Assembly: GCA_003635185.1 (NCBI GenBank)
Contig: PYJA01000119.1
Coordinates: 2,115 to 66,114 of the forward strand
Reading direction: 5' to 3'
DNA from: Candidatus Poribacteria bacterium
Lineage (GTDB): Bacteria; Poribacteria; WGA-4E; WGA-3G
DNA length: 64,000 bases
A program made the translations under genes and the position numbers. Shown one piece after another: positions 36,126 through 44,993 of this stretch; position 1 is the first letter of the stretch, and each line of letters starts with the position of its first letter. The notes below the pieces were generated by a model, which was not told the origin of the DNA, did not search any database, and was given only the letters and a program-made list of their open reading frames with translations.

Positions 36126-38258
36126 ATGTTCTGCTTGGGATGTCTCCTCGCGGCGACAACATTTAGTCTTGCTGCTCCTCCTAATCCCTATCTCTATTTT
36201 GACATCGATCCGGTTACCGGTGAAATGAAGCCGAAACCTTCCGCTGGGCAGAATTCTGAACTCAGCACCTCAAAATATTTACAAGCGTTGGATGGCTGTT
36301 GCTTCGCGAGAGAACAAAGCGTCCTACAACCGGATGGCATCGAATATGTCCTTGCCCTCAAAATCGATTTCAGTGATCAACCCGGCAAAAGAACCAGCGC
36401 GGAATTTAACGAGTATCTATTTGCAGAAACCGGTGTCTCCCTAAAAACCTACTTTCGCGAAAATTCTTACGGACAGATGGATGTGCAGCCGGGACCTGTT
36501 GGAGGTGTTCTCCCTGAAGGTAAAAAATGGATTCGTGCGCAGAAACCGATGCGTTATTATGGAGAAGGGAAAGGAATAAATTATGTAGAACGTTATAGAG
36601 AATTAGTCGCTGAGGCGTGTCGTGCTGTAGATGCAACCGTCGATTTTTCAAAGTACGATCGTGATAAAGATGGAGTCGTTGATCATCTCTTTCTCATTCA
36701 TGCGGGGAATGACGAAGCATCCTACAGTGCAATAGACCCGGTTAAGGCAGTTCATGATATCTGGTCAATCTTAACACCAAATGTCAATGTTATCGTTGAT
36801 GGTGTCCGAGTTGATACTGCCGTTGTTGTCGCCGAAGAACCAGATTTTGATAAACCCCACTTAGGCATCTACTTTCACGAATTCTTCCACGACTTCGGCG
36901 CGCCAGATGTCTACTTTTTTAACTTCACAGATGCTCGCGATCATAAATGGGGATTGATGGGGGCATTTGGTCCATATCAAGGGCGAGAAGCCTTTGGCTT
37001 AGGGGATGGATTAGCCCCCAGCCACATCATGGGGTACCTGAAATGGGACTTTGATGCTCGTCCGGAAAATGGCCGCCTCGGTTGGATTAAACCTGTTAAC
37101 ATCACGAAAAGCGGGCAAATATCTGTTCCAGCATTTGAACTGTCACCCAAAACAGATAAACTTTTCAAAATCGATATTCCACATACGCGGGAAACGCGCG
37201 CTACGACTAACAGAGAATTTTTTCTCATTGAAAACCGTCAGAAAAACTCCGGTGCTATTTTTGATACTCATCTTCCCGAATCTGGTATCCTCATTTGGCA
37301 CATTGATGAGACACAGGTGCGGGGCCCTCGTAGTTATGATGCCGCACAACAGATATGGCTTGAAGACCCAAATGATCCTGAACACCTCGGCATTCATCCC
37401 GATGATCCGGACATTATAGACATTGAAACCATTACTGAAGGCGCAGCCTACTCTGCAAATGATCACCAAACAGCGTTTACCCCAGGAACTCTACCCAACA
37501 GCAGTGCGAACGATGGAACACCAACCGGTATATCTATCACTAATATTGGTCCTGAAGGTCCAGTCATGAAGATACTCGTTTCATTTGGTGATACTTATGA
37601 ACCGAACAATACCGTAAAAACAGCGTTTCCTATTTTCTATAGTCAACCTTATTACTCCTTTTTATATGATGCTTCGGATACTCAGGATTCTTATAGAATT
37701 GAAGCTGCCGGTGGTGTAACAGTCCGCGCAACGCTATCAGATTTTCCAGCACATCTGGATTACCGTTTATCGCTCTTGACAATAACAGGAGAGACGTTAG
37801 CAATAGGTGAAAAAGCAGCTGATCTACTCGGCTATCAAATTCTTTACCAACCCCCTACTCAACAGATGTTATATCTCGTAGTAACATCTAATAGCGGATT
37901 CAGTAGCGTTGCGTCATATAAATTATTCGTAGAACAACTCGATCCCGAATCTTTTGCTCTTACACAGACCCGTGTTTACCCGAACCCTTTTCGTCCATCT
38001 GCATCAAGAATGACGTTTGCGTATCAACTCTCTGCCTCCCAGTCCGCAGACACTGTGTCCCTTGAAATCTTCACTATCAATGGGGAGAAGGTCTATAGTA
38101 AAACACAAGAAGATGTATTTTCCCCTGAAAAATTTCAGTGGGACGGTTCAAATCTGCGTGGAGAACCGCTCGCTTCCGGTATCTATATTTACCACATCGC
38201 TGCAACACAAGCAGATTCGGTTGTCCGACAAATTGGCAAATTTAGTATCCTCAGGTAA
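36126..38258 (+). CDS. secreted M6-family (immune inhibitor A-like) metalloprotease with PPC and T9SS/FlgD-Ig-like C-terminal domains
   Basis: HEFFHDFG zinc motif. KIDFSDQPG...YFRENSYGQMDV is typical of the M6 family. EPNNT...DSYRI pre-peptidase C-terminal domain. Terminal VYPNPF...GIYIYHI...GKFSILR sorting-type domain. The start could be ATG 36126 or GTG 36093. The ORF-track start at 35892 overlaps the previous gene and is rejected. Confidence 0.8.
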   Translation: MFCLGCLLAATTFSLAAPPNPYLYFDIDPVTGEMKPKPSAGQNSELSTSKYLQALDGCCFAREQSVLQPDGIEYVLALKIDFSDQPGKRTSAEFNEYLFAETGVSLKTYFRENSYGQMDVQPGPVGGVLPEGKKWIRAQKPMRYYGEGKGINYVERYRELVAEACRAVDATVDFSKYDRDKDGVVDHLFLIHAGNDEASYSAIDPVKAVHDIWSILTPNVNVIVDGVRVDTAVVVAEEPDFDKPHLGIYFHEFFHDFGAPDVYFFNFTDARDHKWGLMGAFGPYQGREAFGLGDGLAPSHIMGYLKWDFDARPENGRLGWIKPVNITKSGQISVPAFELSPKTDKLFKIDIPHTRETRATTNREFFLIENRQKNSGAIFDTHLPESGILIWHIDETQVRGPRSYDAAQQIWLEDPNDPEHLGIHPDDPDIIDIETITEGAAYSANDHQTAFTPGTLPNSSANDGTPTGISITNIGPEGPVMKILVSFGDTYEPNNTVKTAFPIFYSQPYYSFLYDASDTQDSYRIEAAGGVTVRATLSDFPAHLDYRLSLLTITGETLAIGEKAADLLGYQILYQPPTQQMLYLVVTSNSGFSSVASYKLFVEQLDPESFALTQTRVYPNPFRPSASRMTFAYQLSASQSADTVSLEIFTINGEKVYSKTQEDVFSPEKFQWDGSNLRGEPLASGIYIYHIAATQADSVVRQIGKFSILR

Positions 38259-38300
38259 TTTATTTAATTTTGGGACGCGTCCACTTCAAATAAAACTGTA

Positions 38301-38655
38301 CAGGGTTATTTAGTTTTAAGAGTTTTCCGTTATTGAGTTGGACTCAAAGTTAATGCCCCAGGCCGGTAGATGCGGTTTCTAACCGCACCATAGCCGTCAA
38401 TTTAGGGATAAATGCGTTGTGGCAGTGTCTTCAGTCCCGTCCGGACGATATGTTTATAGAAAAAATGTTGTCCTCCCCCTCTTGAATCTATAAACATATC
38501 GTCCCTACGGGACTAAATATGGGACAAGCTCAATGATAATAGGTACTGAACCATATTTAAAAATGCAATCGTTTTCTTAAATTGACACCTACCGGCCTGG
38601 GGTATATAGCAGGTATAAAAAATTCGTCCGAAAAACCGAAAACTAAATAACCCTG
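38301..38655. repeat. nested inverted-repeat mosaic (three concentric IR pairs)
   Basis: IR1 is 38301-38317 with 38639-38655 (cagggttatttagttttt type). IR2 is 38356-38369 with 38589-38602 (ccccaggccggtag). IR3 is the family A core, 38429-38460 with 38487-38518. Confidence 0.8.
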
Positions 38656-38745
38656 AAAACTGTATTATCTTGTTGACGAAAATTTGTGGGTATGGTATCT
38701 TAAAGTCACGTCTTATGACAAACAACTAATTAAGCTGCCATTTTC

Positions 38746-38856
38746 ATGAAGATTAATTCATTAATTCGGTCATTTTCTGTCCAATGCAAGCGTAACCTGC
38801 TGCTGGTGAGGTTTCCTAACCTTGCCGAATTACCGATTTATTTTCTTAATCTTCAT
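38746..38856. mobile_element. family B MITE-like element
   Basis: Termini atgaagattaattcattaattcgg ... ccgatttattttcttaatcttcat. Contains ctgctggtgaggtttcctaaccttgcc. Confidence 0.7.
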
Positions 38857-38887
38857 CATAATGGCAAACAAGGAGGCAATTTTATCT

Positions 38888-40018
38888 ATGAAATGGTTTA
38901 ATAGACAAACAAAATCTTGTGTGAGTGCGTTAAGATATGTAGGAAGGCGTTCATGCCAAAATAGGCAAATTAAGGTACAACACGGAAATTGGGCACTACT
39001 GAATCTGGGGATGCTCTTTTTGTTAGGACTTATCGTATCAGGTTGTGGTGGGCAGTCCTTAACAAGTATGTCTCCAATTCAGCCAGTACATAATATCGCA
39101 GATGCTTTAAATGATCCTTCCCCTGAAGTGGTTATTCCAGCAATTCCTTCCGAAGATCTGGCAAAGCCTGTTTTAGATAAACATGGACTACAAACAGTCG
39201 GTTTTCGCCTAGCCAAGGTGAACGAGGCAAACACTAAAGCATTAACATATATGCTTGCTTTTCCAGAGTACGCGTATTCTATTGACGATTGGAATAATTT
39301 TTTGACAGATTGGGCGGAGGTGGAACCACAGATTGAATTGCCCAGGCAAAACGAAGACCGGAAGAGAGTGGATGTCATACTTATCTCAGATAATCCACAG
39401 ACTTTTGAAGTACAGGCGAAACAAAATATTCTTACCAAAACACAAGATGGAATTACCGTTTCCATCTGTTATTGGCGTAGAGCCGATCTGGATCGGAAGT
39501 ATAATCGTGGGAACGCCTTTTCTCCCTTTTACGAGACTGAAACACTCAAACAAGGGGACAAAACGGATGTGTATTACGTGCAAATTACCAACAACCGAAC
39601 TGAACACATCATCTTTGATGTAAGAAAATGCACGGTAGTTGACCAGGGTGAAAACGTCTACCAAGGTCTTAATTACGAAGATTTAAGGCTACGGTTCTCT
39701 TATATGTCACGTGCCTCTGGGCTTTATGTAACAAACGGGCTTAAAAAAGCGAAAGAGATTTTGCTTGAAAAGCGAATGCACGTTGTAGAGAGGCAAGTCG
39801 GGGCACATCGTGTCGGTGTTGAGCCTGGAAAGAGTGCGGAGGGTTTCGTTCCATTTAGACAGGTTAAACGAAATGCTGTTGAACTTACCGTCATTCTGCC
39901 AATTGAAAAAGCCCCGCCTTCTGGAGGGATACAGCGTTACCAAACAGTAGAGTTTAAGTTTCCGTTTACCCACAGCAGAGGGATTCGGATTGTACAACCT
40001 GCGCCCCATCGTTACTAA
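38888..40018 (+). CDS. hypothetical lipoprotein
   Basis: ATG 38888 lies after AAGGAGG. Lipobox LIVSGC follows a hydrophobic stretch, although the n-region is unusually long. No family recognised. Confidence 0.5.
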   Translation: MKWFNRQTKSCVSALRYVGRRSCQNRQIKVQHGNWALLNLGMLFLLGLIVSGCGGQSLTSMSPIQPVHNIADALNDPSPEVVIPAIPSEDLAKPVLDKHGLQTVGFRLAKVNEANTKALTYMLAFPEYAYSIDDWNNFLTDWAEVEPQIELPRQNEDRKRVDVILISDNPQTFEVQAKQNILTKTQDGITVSICYWRRADLDRKYNRGNAFSPFYETETLKQGDKTDVYYVQITNNRTEHIIFDVRKCTVVDQGENVYQGLNYEDLRLRFSYMSRASGLYVTNGLKKAKEILLEKRMHVVERQVGAHRVGVEPGKSAEGFVPFRQVKRNAVELTVILPIEKAPPSGGIQRYQTVEFKFPFTHSRGIRIVQPAPHRY

Positions 40019-40088
40019 GCAGGCAATGAGTGCATCTAATACTTCTATTTTTTTAGGCTTACTATAAATACTTTTTCGTTTTCAACTG

Positions 40089-40132
40089 CAGAGGCGTTCG
40101 GTGTGAATAACCACATCGAACGCCTCTGTTTT
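40089..40132. terminator. hairpin terminator between convergent genes
   Basis: 12-bp stem cagaggcgttcg / cgaacgcctctg (40089-40100 / 40117-40128), followed by tttt. Confidence 0.65.
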
Positions 40133-40173
40133 AGAAGGTGGAAAATTGCCCTACAAAGCAGACAACCCGAAAT

Positions 40174-42156
40174 TCAGACAACAATATCACAAGGCGGCAG
40201 AGAATCTAAAAATGATTTGCCATAGCTACGAGTCCTGATACGCGAATCCAAAATTACTACGATACCCTGATCGGTTTGTGTACGGATGAGCCGTCCAAAT
40301 CCCTGTTTGAGACGGAGTATCGCTTCCGGTAAACTGAATTCCATAAATTCATTTCCCCCTCGTTCTTTGATCTGCTTGACGCGTGCTTCCATAACCGGAT
40401 GTGTCGGCACTTCAAACGGAAGTTTTGTAATAACCACATTACTTAGCGCTTCACCCCGCACATCAACGCCTTCCCAAAAACTGGAAGTGCCAAATAAGAC
40501 GGAATCTGTATCCTCACGGAACGCCTGTAACATATCTGTCCGTGAGAGTTCCCCGCCCTGTTTAAAAACATCAATACCCATTTCAGCGAGGTAGGGAGCA
40601 ACCTCTTCGTAAACTTCATCCATCATTTTGTAACTCGTAAACAGGACAAATGCTTTGCCATGCGTCAATTTGAGATAATGCTTTATTTCCCGAATGGCAG
40701 CGGGGATAAATTCAGCATTATTTGGGTCCGGCATAGAACGCGGAACGTGGATTTTTACCTGCTCCTTAAAGTTAAACGGAGAATGCAGCAGCAGTTCTCT
40801 ACATTCATTTATACCAACCCGTTTTTTAAAGTAATCAAAATTCCGATTCGTAGCCAGTGTCGCACTTGTCATCACAACGCTCTCTTTTACATCAAAAAGA
40901 TTCTCCTGTAACATCTGACTAACATTTATAGGTGTAGCGTTGAGAAGAATGCGGGGTGTCCGTCTTACCCTTGAAGTTTCTGCCCAGTAAAGATAATCTG
41001 TGTCAGATTGTCGAATCATCAGATCCAATTCCTCTCTGAGCCGCTTACACTGGTTGTAGGGCGCAGTCAGCTCCTGCTCATCGTCATCTGTTGCAGCATT
41101 ATCGTGTAGTTGTTTTAGTGTTTTTTCAATTTGTGATAAAGAAGTCTCTAATACATTTCCTTTCGGAAAAACCGCATCAACATTACTCTCATCAATTCGT
41201 TTTGTCGCGGTGTATCCGTCTATATCTGCAAAATACGCCGCAATCGTTTCGAAAAACAGATTAGCTTGTTCACGTGCTTCATCAACTGCATCAATAAGAT
41301 CTGCTGAGTTAAATCGTGTTGCTGTTCCACTGTCGTTCCGCTGGTTGTGGAGTGAATCTAAGTACCATTTGATTTTCGTATTGCTAATTTCAAGACTGGT
41401 ATGGTGCGTTGCGGTGGCTTCCAAATGATGTGCTTCATCAATGATTAGGTGATCATAGTCAGGGAGAATTCCCGCGGATGGATCGTTCTTTCGGATTGCC
41501 AAATCACTAAAAAGGAGATGATGATTGACGATAAGTAGGTCTGCTTCATACATCTCATTTCGCGCATTGAAATAGAAACAGACATCATACGTGGGGCACT
41601 TACGACCAAGACAGTTATCCCTATCAGATGCAACCTTATTCCAGACTTGCGGCATCGGCTGGACTGGTAGATCAGCGCGACTGCCATCGTCAGTTGTTTC
41701 TACCCACTTAATAATCTCCTGGATCTGATCAACCTCTTCCATCGTGTCAAATAGTGCTTGTTCGTAAACAAGTAAACTCTCTAATCGCCGCCGCGAAAGA
41801 TAGTTACTTCGTCCTTTTGCAAGGACTGCTTTGAAATCACGCGGAAGCACGTTTTCCAAAAACGGTATATCTTTCGTAACAAGCTGTTCCTGCAGACTAA
41901 TCGTATTGGTTGATACGACAACTGTTTGGTCTGTTTTGAGCGCAAGTGAGATGGCAGGTATAAGATATGCAAAACTTTTACCAACACCAGTCCCCGCTTC
42001 AACAATCAGATGTTCGGATGCCGCAAACGCACGAGCAACCGCGTTTGCCATGTGAAGCTGTTCCTCACGAAACTCGTATCCCGAAAGATGCTGCGAAATA
42101 GTACCGCCAGGACTAAAAATATCTTTAAGGGTTAGTGTTTTGGGTGTCTGTGTCAT
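40174..42156 (-). CDS. dinG: DinG/XPD-family ATP-dependent DNA helicase (Fe-S type)
   Basis: 660 aa. Walker A AGTGVGKS, DEAH box (IIDEAHHLE), four-Cys cluster (DNCLGRKCPTYDVCFY), and C-terminal helicase motifs (FWEGVD, QGFGRLIR). Confidence 0.85.
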   Translation of the reverse strand: MTQTPKTLTLKDIFSPGGTISQHLSGYEFREEQLHMANAVARAFAASEHLIVEAGTGVGKSFAYLIPAISLALKTDQTVVVSTNTISLQEQLVTKDIPFLENVLPRDFKAVLAKGRSNYLSRRRLESLLVYEQALFDTMEEVDQIQEIIKWVETTDDGSRADLPVQPMPQVWNKVASDRDNCLGRKCPTYDVCFYFNARNEMYEADLLIVNHHLLFSDLAIRKNDPSAGILPDYDHLIIDEAHHLEATATHHTSLEISNTKIKWYLDSLHNQRNDSGTATRFNSADLIDAVDEAREQANLFFETIAAYFADIDGYTATKRIDESNVDAVFPKGNVLETSLSQIEKTLKQLHDNAATDDDEQELTAPYNQCKRLREELDLMIRQSDTDYLYWAETSRVRRTPRILLNATPINVSQMLQENLFDVKESVVMTSATLATNRNFDYFKKRVGINECRELLLHSPFNFKEQVKIHVPRSMPDPNNAEFIPAAIREIKHYLKLTHGKAFVLFTSYKMMDEVYEEVAPYLAEMGIDVFKQGGELSRTDMLQAFREDTDSVLFGTSSFWEGVDVRGEALSNVVITKLPFEVPTHPVMEARVKQIKERGGNEFMEFSLPEAILRLKQGFGRLIRTQTDQGIVVILDSRIRTRSYGKSFLDSLPPCDIVV

Positions 42157-42240
42157 GTGTTTATCAAATGTTTAGCTATCAATTTATAATGAAGAAGGTG
42201 CGCGAATCAACGTTTTTTCCGTTTTTATCAAAAAGTAATA

Positions 42241-42390
42241 TAGTAAAACCTATAATTAATGGGACACTTCTGAGCATCAAACTGTTAGTTTGTGCAGATG
42301 CGGACACAAACTAACAGTTTGATGCTCAACACCCCGGTAGGTTCGGTTTCCTAACCGAACATAATGTCCAATTAATTCTAAAGTCTAATA
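42241..42390 (-). mobile_element. IS630-derived MITE (150 bp), TA-flanked
   Basis: Left end tagtaaaacctataattaatgggac matches the IS630 right TIR at 20 of 25 positions. Right end gtctaata. TA at 42239-40 and 42391-92. The interior holds a perfect 23-bp hairpin (gagcatcaaactgttagtttgtg) plus the hairpin ggttcggtttcctaaccgaac. It is an inverted copy of 58426-58580. Confidence 0.8.
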
Positions 42391-42553
42391 TAAGAGGGAA
42401 TTCCAAAATCGTGACGCAGGCAATTCGCGTATTTTTAGGATTATTCTTATCTGTTAAACTTTAGCAATAGGCGCGATTTACGCATTTCTACATATTTTTT
42501 AGTCTCGATTTCTGTTCCTCAACAAATTTGGTATTTTTTGTGCATTTTTTTTC

Positions 42554-42582
42554 TTGACAATTGATTTACAACATGTTATAAT
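42554..42582 (+). promoter_or_regulatory. consensus sigma-70 promoter with extended -10
   Basis: TTGACA (42554-59), 17 nt, TATAAT (42577-82), preceded by TGt. Confidence 0.65.
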
Positions 42583-42589
42583 TATATTT

Positions 42590-42947
42590 GACGTTTGGAA
42601 TCTACGCAGCGTGCGTGGGTTACGTCAGGGTGCTTCCTAATCGATTTAGGTTAGGGTGCGTTCGTTAGTGACACCATCACCAGCGAACGCTTGCACTGCC
42701 ATAGAAAGAAGTATGACAGCGCTGGTTAATATTATAACATGTAGACACCTTGTGTGCCATGTTATAATGTTAACCAGCCCCTATAGGGACAAATTAATAT
42801 AACCTTTCTTTGTTGGCGTATGCCAACACCCCTATAAGTCTGTCATCATTAGAATAATCAATACGCCGCGTATCGGCGTAAAGGAAATGCCTCTCTTCTA
42901 AACAGATAGAGGCAACCATAATCTATATAAAACAAAGGAGTTTTCTA
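42590..42947 (+). promoter_or_regulatory. long hairpin-rich 5' leader or candidate structured RNA
   Basis: About 355 nt between the promoter and ATG 42948. Contains a 21-bp stem (42721-42741 / 42758-42778) and further hairpins at 42658-42690, 42812-42827, 42863-42879 and 42889-42913. Confidence 0.4.
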
Positions 42948-43493
42948 ATGTTGAAACAGAGAGTCTTTCAAATCGCAGTTATCTTTGCTGCATTCATGAT
43001 GCTTAATTTAACGGTTCATAGTGGTGAACCTTGCAACAGATCTACCGATGTCGACAGCGGTGTTCGCCCAAACACTGGTGCCTACGGGTATGCAGAAGTT
43101 ATTGAAGTGGGATGGTATAAGCGTGGCAATGATTACTATGCCAATGTAACGTTATGGGGATACGTTGAGAACATCATGGGTCCTGGAACAATATCTGCGG
43201 CCATTCTGTATGATTTTCGGGTTATTGAACTGACCCCGAATTTCAATTTCAAAGCGCAGTGGTACGTTGCGCCTATTGAGGTAATTACGGCGCAACTAGA
43301 TCCATGTGAATCCCTTATGCCTTCTTCTTACACGAACGGACTGCATCTCCGTGGCGGTGATTGGCTGGCACGTAAGATAGTACGCGCTGAGACTATGATC
43401 AAGGCTGAAGCAAGAGCAGGGAAACGTGGAGAACTGGTCGACGAATGGGTCGCAACGGGATGCGTCGACAAAGTATTTCCAAGAAATGAATGA
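42948..43493 (+). CDS. hypothetical secreted protein
   Basis: 181 aa. AAAGGAG upstream. Signal peptide (IAVIFAAFMMLNLTVHS). An 8-bp hairpin plus T-run follows at about 43511-43545. Confidence 0.5.
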   Translation: MLKQRVFQIAVIFAAFMMLNLTVHSGEPCNRSTDVDSGVRPNTGAYGYAEVIEVGWYKRGNDYYANVTLWGYVENIMGPGTISAAILYDFRVIELTPNFNFKAQWYVAPIEVITAQLDPCESLMPSSYTNGLHLRGGDWLARKIVRAETMIKAEARAGKRGELVDEWVATGCVDKVFPRNE

Positions 43494-43580
43494 TTATTCA
43501 ACACGTTTTCTGCACAGGTGTCTTTATACAAGGCACCTGTGTTTTATAGTAAATTATGTAAATAAGTTTACATGTATTTT

Positions 43581-43643
43581 GTAGGAGCGATCTCCGAATC
43601 GCGACTAAACCACTAATAGTCGGGAATCGGAGTTCCCTCCTAC
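43581..43643. repeat. palindromic repeat family C (copy 2, inverted relative to 8181-8244)
   Basis: gtaggagcgatctccgaatcgcgac...gtcgggaatcggagttccctcctac. Confidence 0.8.
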
Positions 43644-43693
43644 ATATCATAAGTAAAGTTAATTCTAAAATTCACTATAAAAGGAGTTTTCTC

Positions 43694-44743
43694 ATGAAAT
43701 ATAAACCTTTTCAGGCTCGCTACCGGAAGCGTGCAATTCTCGCTGTTCTACTTCTTTTTGGCTTTCTTGTTTCGCAAAGTTCACACGCCAAAATTGTCTT
43801 TGCGTCGAAACGTAAAGACGCGGGCGATACCGCCTATCATATCTACGTGATGGAAGACAACGGTAGCAATGTCCGAAGAATCACAGATCCCGCCTTTTAT
43901 GATGTTAACCCTCATTGGTTCCCTGATGGACAACGGGTTGTGTTTGAAAGAGACCTGTCACGTGGGGATGGGACGCACTTCTGGACTGAATTTGTTATCG
44001 TTGATCTCAAACCCCGGGAGGAATATCATTTTATGGAAAATCACCGGACAGATATGTTTCCGAGGATATCTCCTGATGGGAAACGGCTCGCATTTTACAG
44101 CAACCGCTTAAAAGATTGGCATATTCATGTGGCAGACTTAGAGAGCGGTGCGGAAACGGCTATTACTGTGAAACACGCTGATTTAGGTTTCCCCAGCTAC
44201 ATGAATTGGTCCCCCGATGGGAAACAGCTTGTTTACCTACACGGGGAAAATGAAGTGGGAGAGCAGATATGGATCATGAATGCTGATGGCAGTCGTCCCA
44301 AGCGCCTCAGTCATCCGGTTGCAGGAGGAATCAATAGGGTCTTGAGGTATCCACCGAGTTGGTCGCCATCGGGTCAATTCATCATGTATTCAGAAGTTAC
44401 CCTAACGCCTAATTTCGACAAGGTAGGCCCTACACGGCTCATTTTCCAGAATGTGAGGACAAGACAGACCGATATACACAACTTTCCGAGGGATTATGCG
44501 ATCAACAACGGGTGTTGGATAAATGACCGCATAGTGCTTTTAAATATAAAAACGGGAGCGGGAGGAATTGATCCAGAAGCTAATTGGGAGATTTATAGAT
44601 ATGACCTTACCAGCAGAACATTGAGAAACCTAACGAAAGACCCAGCAAATGACTACGAGCCAGATTGGATTAGTGGGACGCTTGCTGTGTTTCCATTGGA
44701 TAAACTCACTATCCGATGGGCACACCTCAAGCAGCCGGATTGA
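43694..44743 (+). CDS. secreted PD40/TolB-like beta-propeller protein with C-terminal W..LK tail
   Basis: 349 aa. Signal peptide. AKIVFASKR...IYVMEDNGSNVRRIT and ISPDGKRLAF / WSPDGKQLVY PD40 motifs. Ends DWISGTLAVFPLDKLTIRWAHLKQPD. Confidence 0.75.
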   Translation: MKYKPFQARYRKRAILAVLLLFGFLVSQSSHAKIVFASKRKDAGDTAYHIYVMEDNGSNVRRITDPAFYDVNPHWFPDGQRVVFERDLSRGDGTHFWTEFVIVDLKPREEYHFMENHRTDMFPRISPDGKRLAFYSNRLKDWHIHVADLESGAETAITVKHADLGFPSYMNWSPDGKQLVYLHGENEVGEQIWIMNADGSRPKRLSHPVAGGINRVLRYPPSWSPSGQFIMYSEVTLTPNFDKVGPTRLIFQNVRTRQTDIHNFPRDYAINNGCWINDRIVLLNIKTGAGGIDPEANWEIYRYDLTSRTLRNLTKDPANDYEPDWISGTLAVFPLDKLTIRWAHLKQPD

Positions 44744-44993
44744 ATCATCCGCTAAATTGGAACCTCCCTATCAGGCGCGGTTTCCTAACTGCATCGGATA
44801 TCTCACAAATTACCTAATTTATTTTTTAATCTTCATCAGGCATTCATACCGTTGATTTGGATAAATCTGCGGTAATCCGCGATTCAGAAAATTAAACGGA
44901 AACCTAACTAAGAACACTGAATTTATAGTTATAGGGTTCGCTCTACCCAATCTACGATATTAATAAGTGCGAATTGGAGAAAAAACCTCAATT

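Noticed and set aside
42590-42947. Possibility that the structured region is a known housekeeping RNA (RNase P RNA, tmRNA, SRP RNA or 6S RNA).
   Set aside because: I could not find the RNase P GAGGAAAGUCC-type motif, a tmRNA tag ORF or tRNA-like ends, or the SRP domain IV motif. It is left as an unclassified candidate in the findings.
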